In this document: positions 55,696 to 64,000 of the stretch, piece by piece
How the letters are laid out: the number at the start of each line of letters is the position of its first letter
Position numbering within the stretch: the stretch's first letter is position 1
NCBI GenBank assembly: GCA_964016885.1
Contig: OZ024757.1
Coordinates: 26,164,001 to 26,228,000 of the forward strand
Source: Eledone cirrhosa
Lineage: Eukaryota
Length of the DNA: 64,000 nt
Reading direction: 5' to 3'
Translations under genes and position numbers: made by a program
The notes under the pieces: model-generated
Database searches by the model: none
The model's input: only the letters and a program-made list of their open reading frames with translations
Told to the model about the DNA's origin: nothing

Positions 55696-56081
55696 TATAT
55701 ATATATAAATATATATAGAGTAATTAAGTATCGAGAGAGAGAAGAAGAAATAGGCGATACATGTAGTTATTTGCCAATAGCATATGCAAAGGGTGCTCAA
55801 TGCTTGTGCCTGCAGTGTTAAATATTAGAAGTGTTAATATCTAGTGGGCGAGAAGATCAACAGAGCGGATACACGTGGAGAAATATATAAAACAATACAT
55901 GTTTTGTTACGAAGAATGAACTGTGACGTGAACTTATTTCTAAAAACCCATTCCGGGTCATGTAAGGAACGCTTTTTAGTTTTTTATGCCCTTGAGAAGC
56001 CCTTTCCGGCTAAACGTACGTAGGTGGTATTTTAAATAAACATGTTTTAACGGTTTGTTCTCCTTTTATATATTTCTCCAC

Positions 56082-56114
<33 letters not shown>

Positions 56115-56120
<6 letters not shown>

Positions 56121-56370
56121 AAGATTGAAGAATAACATGGTCGGCTGTACAAAAAGAGTTTTATTTCTAGAAATAAAAGCCTTTTTGTTATTCTTCAATC
56201 TTTAACTACTATTACTCCAAGAATAACCTGCATGGGAATTCTCGCAAACTCGCTACCTAACTAAGGAAACCTCTTGTTGAGTCAAACAACGCCGTACGTT
56301 AAAACTATCCACAACACAGAGTACTCACAACCTCTAACTGGATTACCTAAAATGATTACTTGTTATCCCA
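56115..56370 (+). mobile_element. Fold-back family C, shorter palindrome
   Basis: IR centred on ttctagaa (56165-56172); tail homologous to 55165-55320. Confidence 0.75.
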
Positions 56371-56430
56371 TATATCATCATCATCATCATCATCGTTTAA
56401 CGTCCATATATATATATATTTATATATATA

Positions 56431-57163
56431 CTAGCTAAACTACCCGTTCTTTGGACGGTTCAAGTAGCTTTCGGTGTAGCTCATTAAACTAACCAAAGTA
56501 AATTTGAATACATAGAAGAAAAATGTACTTTATGTAAACATGAAAACCTTAGGCACTATTCCAGCGAAATAATTAATATGTGAGCTCGGTGTCTTTTTTG
56601 TCAACAGTAAAAGCGCATCATGAAATAGAGAAGTGAAGTGAATAATAGACACTATTATGTACAAAGCATAATATTGTAAAAGTTATGCCATCACTTAATG
56701 TATGAACATCAAGCTTGAAACGATAAATTATACAATGTCAAATCTATAACTTAACTTAGTAATCTGTTAGAAATTGCTGGTTGTGAAATATACAAAGTGA
56801 TATTGTTAGTCTCAAGGAAGCATACCTTTTGTTTCAAGTACAAAGAGTAAATTAAAATCCGAATGAGCCGAATTACGAAAGATAACTCTTGTCTTACTTA
56901 AAGATAACTCTTGTCTTACTTAAAGATAACTCTTGTCTTAATTAATCACGAACATTCACACAAATAACCGAAACTTTTTTAATGTCTCCAAAGGCCCCAA
57001 TATCGATTTTTGAAAGCCTTTGTAGACCATGTACAGGTTTTGTGCAAGGAGAAGCTCTGTAAAATATTTCAAAGAAATCGCATGAATGGTTTAGAATATA
57101 TGAGCCCTCATTAAAAATTGTCCACACACACACATACAGAAAACTTTGTCTTTATATATATAC

Positions 57164-57166
<3 letters not shown>
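56431..57166 (-). mobile_element. Non-autonomous Helitron
   Basis: Minus strand A|TC..ccgtccaaagaacgg hairpin..CTAG|T; internal 3x21-bp repeat aaagataactcttgtcttact at ~56878-56941. Confidence 0.8.
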
Positions 57167-57200
<34 letters not shown>

Positions 57201-57242
57201 CTGCTTCAATTGTTATTTTTATCTAAAAGATGACCGACCAAT

Positions 57243-57465
57243 GCTGGATTGGCTGAGTCAGTAGTGTCAGACATATTTTTGGTATTTGTTCTGGTTACAA
57301 ACTTCAGATCCTGATGAGGTCAACTTTGCCTTTCATCCTTCCCGGAGATCAGTAAGTCAACATACTGGTCAAGTGGTCAAGTATTGTGGTTGATATAATC
57401 CACTGTCCTTTCCCTCTCTCTTCCTTCCTACCTCTCAAATTACTGCTCTTGTCACCAAATTAAAA
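57243..57465 (+). mobile_element. Old family 1-related SINE
   Basis: gctggattggc..gtcaactttgcctttcatcctt. Confidence 0.65.
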
Positions 57466-57497
57466 AACATTTTTATGAATTTTTCTTATAACATTTC

Positions 57498-57785
57498 AAC
57501 ACACCAACACTGACACCAACACCAACACCAACACTGACACCAACACCAACACCAACACCGACACCAACACTGACACCAACACCAACACCAACACCGACAC
57601 CAACACTGACACCAACACCAACACCAACACCAACACTGACACCAACACCAACACTGACACTGACACCAACACCAACACCAACACCAACACCAACACTGAC
57701 ACCAACACCAACACTGACACCAACACCAACACCAACACTGACACCAACACCAACACTGACACTGACACTGACACCACCACCACCA
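57498..57785. repeat. (ACACCA/ACACTG)n hexamer repeat
   Basis: Direct reading. Confidence 0.95.
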
Positions 57786-58078
57786 ATAACAACATTCACA
57801 ATCATGAAAGAACAAAAAATAAATTCAAAGAATTTTGTTTTTACAATTTTATTTTATTTTATTTATTTGTATTTTTTTTAAGGTAACATTTCTGTTTTTT
57901 TTCTGTTTTTTTTTTCTTCTCAACAAAGCTTTTACAGATTAGTTTGAGAGTATTTTAATGACAGATTTATAGACACACACTCACATATGGGTGTATATAT
58001 AAACACACACATGGGTGTGTATATATACACACACTCATATATGTATATATATGCATATATATATATGTATATACATAT

Positions 58079-58162
<84 letters not shown>

Positions 58163-58299
58163 GCACTCATCGCTGTACATACGATACATGTATATATACA
58201 CACACACATGGGTGTGTATACACACACACTCATATATGTATATATATATATATATATATATCTCATATATATATGTATATATATATATACACACATACA

Positions 58300-58340
<41 letters not shown>

Positions 58341-58901
58341 ACTCTCTTATATATATATATATATATACACACATACACTCTCTTATATATATATATATAC
58401 ACACACACACGCACTCATTGCTGTACACACAATACATGTATTTATACACACACTAAAAGGGTGCGTAGTACACATGTAATAGATGTGTAGACACAAAAAT
58501 ATACTTGGGTTTGTACACACACTATAGTCATGTATATATACACACATTGAAAGGTTTGTACACATGAGAGATATGTGCACACACACACACACTCATGGCT
58601 GTACACACACACACATGGCTGTACACACATAAGAGTTACGTGTATATACGTACACTGCGAGATATGTATACACACATGATAAAAACATGTATACAGATTG
58701 AGGGATGTGTATATACACACACACACACACACACACACAGACATAGTGCTGCATATACATGATAAATTGCGTATACACACTCTGAGGTGTGTGTATGTGT
58801 TCATATATGACTGATATGTGTATACACACATGCATACATCACAGATGTATGTATACACACCATGAAGGGTGTGTATACACAATATATATGTACGCAGACA
58901 C

Positions 58902-58933
<32 letters not shown>

Positions 58934-58951
58934 ATATACACATAACTATAC

Positions 58952-59035
<84 letters not shown>

Positions 59036-59048
59036 CTATACATTATAT

Positions 59049-59079
<31 letters not shown>

Positions 59080-59093
59080 ACTATACATTATAT

Positions 59094-59124
<31 letters not shown>

Positions 59125-59183
59125 ACTATACATATATATATATATATATATACATATATACACATATATACATATAACTATAC

Positions 59184-59214
<31 letters not shown>

Positions 59215-59430
59215 TATAGAAACATATATATATATGCTTCATATATATAAATAATATATCTATTTGCATACAAAGTGTCACATATACATAGAAATAAACT
59301 GTTGATGTATTTTAGATTGTACAGAATATATATGTGTATGTGTGTGTATATATATGTGTATATATATTATCTGCATATATATATGTATGTACATACATGT
59401 ATGTATATATATGTATATGTCTGTGCATGT

Positions 59431-59478
<48 letters not shown>

Positions 59479-59944
59479 TTATGTATGTCTATATGTATTT
59501 GTATATATATATATATATTCACATATAATTATATATTACTAAGTGTATACACACGCATAGTTATATATCAATATACTTATATACATACATGAACATAGAT
59601 AGATGAACATGTATGGATTCAAAAGAATATATGTATTTTTAATAATCTGTACATATACATATGTGTGTATGTATACATATATATATATGTGTGTGTATAT
59701 GAGTGTGTTTGCAGATTCATAATATATATAGATACATTATATATATATATATATATATATATACATTATATATATACATGTATATATGTGAGTGTCCGCA
59801 TGTATCTGTGTGTTTCTAAATATATATATATATATATGTATATAATTTATATATACACGTTCATAATGTATATTCATTTTGGTAGATTTGTAATTCAGAA
59901 ATTTATCCACTCATGAAAATAAACAGACATACAGTGGAATCTTT

Positions 59945-60200
59945 GTGCCATCATCACCATCAACATCATCATCGTCATCATCATCACGACCACCATCAAC
60001 CCCACCACCACCACCATCATTATTATCATCATCTTAATCACCATATTCCTCATCATCACTATAGCACCACAACTACTACAATCATCATCATCATCACCAT
60101 CATTATCATCATCATCACCATCATTATCATCATCATCATCATCATCATCATCATCTTGATCACTATAATCATCATCATCATCATCACCATCATCATTCTT
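59945..60200. repeat. (ATC)n microsatellite
   Basis: Direct reading. Confidence 0.9.
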
Positions 60201-60580
60201 ATACATCTACCATATTCAACTCAATGACTGTTTTACACACAAATATATATAAACACATATTTGACAAGGGTCATGTTGTAATATTGACAGAAATATATAA
60301 TAAAATACACTCATTGAATATAAATGTATGTATATATATATACATATATGTATTTGGACATACACATACAAGCATATAGACACACATTTATGAAATGTGA
60401 AAATCTGAGAGTCCCAAATGCAGGAAATATCTAAGAATAGTTGATCAATATAGATAATAGTTTTTAAAAAATTGGGTAAATTACTCTTAGATCAGGAAAA
60501 TGTGGACATAGATATTTAGAAAGAATTCATAAGGTTTATATATATATATGTATGTATGTGTGTGTGTATATATATATATA

Positions 60581-60804
60581 GTAATAATAATAAATTTGAA
60601 GACTAAAATCCAAAGAGGGCTTGATAAGGATAAAAATATATCAAATATATAAGGACCATAGAGCAAATATTTATTAAAATAACAGATTAAAGTTTAAGCA
60701 AAGAATTGCTGCTTTCACCCTTAACGGGATCTTCTGAAACATCCCATTAAGGGTGAAAGCAGCGATTCTTTGCTTAAACTTTAATCTGTTATTTTAATAA
60801 ATAT
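60581..60804 (-). mobile_element. Fold-back element with 64-bp arms and hammerhead 3' half
   Basis: IR 60667-60730/60741-60804; GAAA-gcag cgattct ttgc-TT; tail on the left; arm end recurs at ~32891. Confidence 0.8.
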
Positions 60805-60820
60805 ATATATATATATATAT

Positions 60821-61061
60821 ATTAGAAATAGAAGCTTTCGCCATATTTTTTTTACTAAAGAAATTTTAGCCTGATAGTGGGGTTTAGAACCCTCTAAGAA
60901 ATGGAAAAAGATGAGTACGTCAATACTCATCTTTTTCCATTTCTTAGAGGGTTCTAAACCCCACTATCAGGCTAAAATTTCTAATTCCTTCAGTAAAAAA
61001 TACGACGAAAGCTTCTGTTTCTAATTTCAAAATCGGTCGGTGTTTCAAAACATACTTACTT
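60821..61061 (+). mobile_element. Fold-back element with ~100-bp arms and a short tail
   Basis: IR 60821-60917/60924-61025; loop cgtcaa; cgaaagctt near the arm end. Confidence 0.75.
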
Positions 61062-61196
61062 ATATATGTATATATATGTATGTATTTATATATATGTATA
61101 TATATGTATATATATATATTTATGTATATATATATATATTTATGTATATATATATATGTATATTTATATATATATATATGTATATTTATATATATT

Positions 61197-61227
<31 letters not shown>

Positions 61228-61233
61228 AAATAA

Positions 61234-61273
<40 letters not shown>

Positions 61274-61350
61274 AAATAAATAAAAATATATATATATATA
61301 TATATGCATTTATATTTATGTATATTTATATATGTATATTTATATATATT

Positions 61351-61381
<31 letters not shown>

Positions 61382-61500
61382 ATATGTATATTTATATATG
61401 TATATTTATATATGTATATTTATATATATATATATATGTATATTTATATATGTATATTTATATATGTATATTTATGTATATTTATATATGTCTATTTATA

Positions 61501-61537
<37 letters not shown>

Positions 61538-61705
61538 TTATATATATATATTTATATATATATTTATATATATATGTATATATATATGTATATATATTTA
61601 TTTATATATATATATACATATATATATATTTATTTATATATATACATATGTATATACATTTATTTATATATATAATATATATATATGTATATACATTTAT
61701 TTATA

Positions 61706-61739
<34 letters not shown>

Positions 61740-61752
61740 GGTATATATATAG

Positions 61753-61809
61753 ATGAGATTCTACAGGACTAGAACTGTTTCATTCATTAGAAATCATCAG
61801 GAATCTCAT
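61753..61809 (-). ncRNA. Stand-alone type I hammerhead ribozyme in TA-rich DNA
   Basis: atgagattc-CTGATGA-tttc taat gaat-GAAA-cag ttctagtc ctg-TA-gaatctcat. Confidence 0.75.
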
Positions 61810-61917
61810 ATATATAGGTATATATATATTTATTTATAAATATAATATATATATGTATATATATTTACTTATATATTTATTTATATACATATATATATAT
61901 ATTTTTTATTTATATAC

Positions 61918-61952
<35 letters not shown>

Positions 61953-62084
61953 TAGATTATATATATGGTATTTTATCTAGTGATTCTGACAATTTCTCTA
62001 CAGAGGAATTAAAAGCTACATCCTTCTGTAGTTGAATGAAACATGTAAATCAATTAAATAATGCATTAATGTATTAAACCTTGG

Positions 62085-62177
<93 letters not shown>

Positions 62178-62178
<1 letters not shown>

Positions 62179-62585
62179 GACCAAAAGTTAAACAAGGTTC
62201 ATTGATTAATCAATGAATATAGTTTTACAATAGATTAGAAGCACTCAACAGAAAGTTTTCTGGAGTTATTAATATTAATTCAAAATATTAATAAATATAG
62301 ACATTCAACATAATCAAAATATATTTTATTATATATATTTTATTATATATATATTATATATATTTCGGAGGTACTGTGCTGTTTTTTCAGTACGTCCTCA
62401 TCAAACAAAATATATAAATTGATGCATGACATACCTCAACTGTTGAGGTATGTCATGCATCAATTTATATATTTTGTCTGATGAGGACGTACTGAAAAAA
62501 CAGCACAGTACCTCCGAAATATATATAATAAAATATATTTTGATTACATTGAATGTCTATATTTATTAATATTTTGAATTAATAT
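62178..62585 (-). mobile_element. Fold-back family B, ~145-165-bp arms centred at 62441
   Basis: Tail homologous to 48255-48350; hammerhead in the arms. Confidence 0.85.
62472..62533 (+). ncRNA. Type I hammerhead ribozyme
   Basis: ttttgt-CTGATGA-ggacgtactg..cagtacctcc-GAAA-tatata-TA-ataaaa; the mirror copy reads TTGATGA. Confidence 0.8.
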
Positions 62586-62597
62586 ATATATATATAT

Positions 62598-62766
62598 GTG
62601 TAAAACAAAGTGGGTGTGGTAAGATACTAGGTGGACCATAACACACCAGAGTACTTGATACTTGGGGTAGTAGAGTGGGTAATATGAAAAGATTCAGGTC
62701 CCCGACGGCTGAGTTTGGATCTAGCTGTCGAAACGACTGGAGTTCAGCTGTCAGGGTCCTGAATCT

Positions 62767-62774
<8 letters not shown>
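62598..62774 (-). mobile_element. Fold-back family A in minus orientation
   Basis: Tail is the reverse complement homologue of 6405-6482; IR 62682-62774 with one arm partly deleted. Confidence 0.8.
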
Positions 62775-62807
<33 letters not shown>

Positions 62808-62822
62808 CGTATATATACATAC

Positions 62823-62866
<44 letters not shown>

Positions 62867-62964
62867 TCATGTGTGTAAGTGTATCAGTGTTTCTGTGTTG
62901 TGTTGTTGTGTGTATGTTCTATTATTTAACTGTTTGACAAATAGAGATTAATAAAAAAAATAAC

Positions 62965-63605
62965 ATAGATGTTCACGCTGGTTGTGCAATGTCCTCAACA
63001 TCCGCTAGGCTAGTTGCCAGCTAATGGATTGTTTTGCTGGGCACCTCCACAACATACTTCGCGGAAACAATTCCCCTTTTTCCTGTTACTTTTGCCCTTC
63101 CCAACATTCCAGGGCATGTTTGGATTGGCTATGCATCATAGCTCACCCCATTTCTGACTACACAGTGAGCAACAATTCATATTTTATCTGCAAACTTCCA
63201 CACCCACCAGCACTAAACTCATCATCCTGTCTCTCATGATACATACACACACACACACACACACACTATTTGTCTTCATGTATTTATATCTACACAAACT
63301 TAACAGTATATGTATGTGCTTGCCTCTATGCTCACACTAACCTCTTTACTTAACACCCCTGTACAAATGCCATGATTTAAAAACAACCTCAAACGGGTTT
63401 TTATTTTCTCCAGTTTGTTTTCATTTTCATTTCTTGCTTTCCTGCATTTTTCTCCCCCCCCCACCTTCTCTACCTTCTGAAGAGAGATGTAACTGAAAAA
63501 ACGTTATGTTATGTACTGGCCTTTTTTCACATCTCATAATTGTGAAACTAATATTCTCAATTTGGACCTCCTTCTGTCTTGTTTTTGTTTTCCTGTTACT
63601 TCATT

Positions 63606-63610
<5 letters not shown>
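62965..63610 (+). pseudogene. Penelope-like element 3' remnant: decayed GIY-YIG endonuclease then degenerate hammerhead (~63477)
   Basis: RCSR..LMDCFAGHLHNILRGNNSPFSCYF..HS..EQQFIFYLQT resembles the PLE motif LxDRFxEHL..SPVxxHF..EQxxIFxLxT; ctgaaga..gaaaaaacgtt. Confidence 0.6.
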
Positions 63611-63647
<37 letters not shown>

Positions 63648-63757
63648 TATTCAATTGTTTAAAGTTGGTTGATCATATAATCTGGCGACTTTGAAATATG
63701 TATAACAGAATTATGTAATAAACAGAAGATGTACACATAAAACCATCTCTCTTATTC

Positions 63758-63820
<63 letters not shown>

Positions 63821-64000
63821 ATATATATACACACACATCTATATGTGTATTCTTTTCTTTGTTTAATTCAGTTGAATTATTAGGCTCCCACATCAAAGCT
63901 GTCAACTTTGTTAAATAGTGCAGGTCATGTGACATCAACATGTTAGACTTGCAACACTAGAACATAAATGTCTCCCACATGTTTTCATGGTGTATTTGAC

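Noticed and set aside
55875-56079. Degenerate hammerhead (ttgagaa gcc..ggc taaa cgtacg ta) inside short inverted ends
   Set aside because: Both core motifs are mutated; used only as weak support for the stem III series.
57308-57340. cctgatgaggtc as a hammerhead core
   Set aside because: CpG-decayed form of the SINE segment cccgccgaggtcaac; no GAAA or stems follow.

Overview
Repeat-saturated, apparently non-genic animal DNA. The SINE set and the large (TA)n tracts suggest an octopus-like cephalopod; this is an inference. No host gene can be supported, and almost all listed ORFs are microsatellite artefacts. Real coding content is transposon-derived: an intact Tx1/L1-type LINE ORF2 (25586-29005), a stop-free 5'-truncated RTE-type LINE with a PHD-like finger (~50045-52381), and fragments of R4/Dong-like, CR1-like, Tigger, hAT and Penelope GIY-YIG proteins. 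There are also many tRNA-derived SINEs, TTAA and hAT MITEs and two non-autonomous Helitrons. The most striking signal is more than 15 short fold-back elements, mostly set in (TA)n, built as inverted repeat plus a unique tail. Many carry whole or half type I hammerhead ribozyme motifs. In several, the inversion axis falls on the predicted stem-II loop, and otherwise unrelated families share an ACTC..GAGT tail hairpin just past the repeat boundary. They are best read as Penelope-like pLTR derivatives with an apparent ribozyme-guided snap-back pattern. All coordinates and folds were read by eye.
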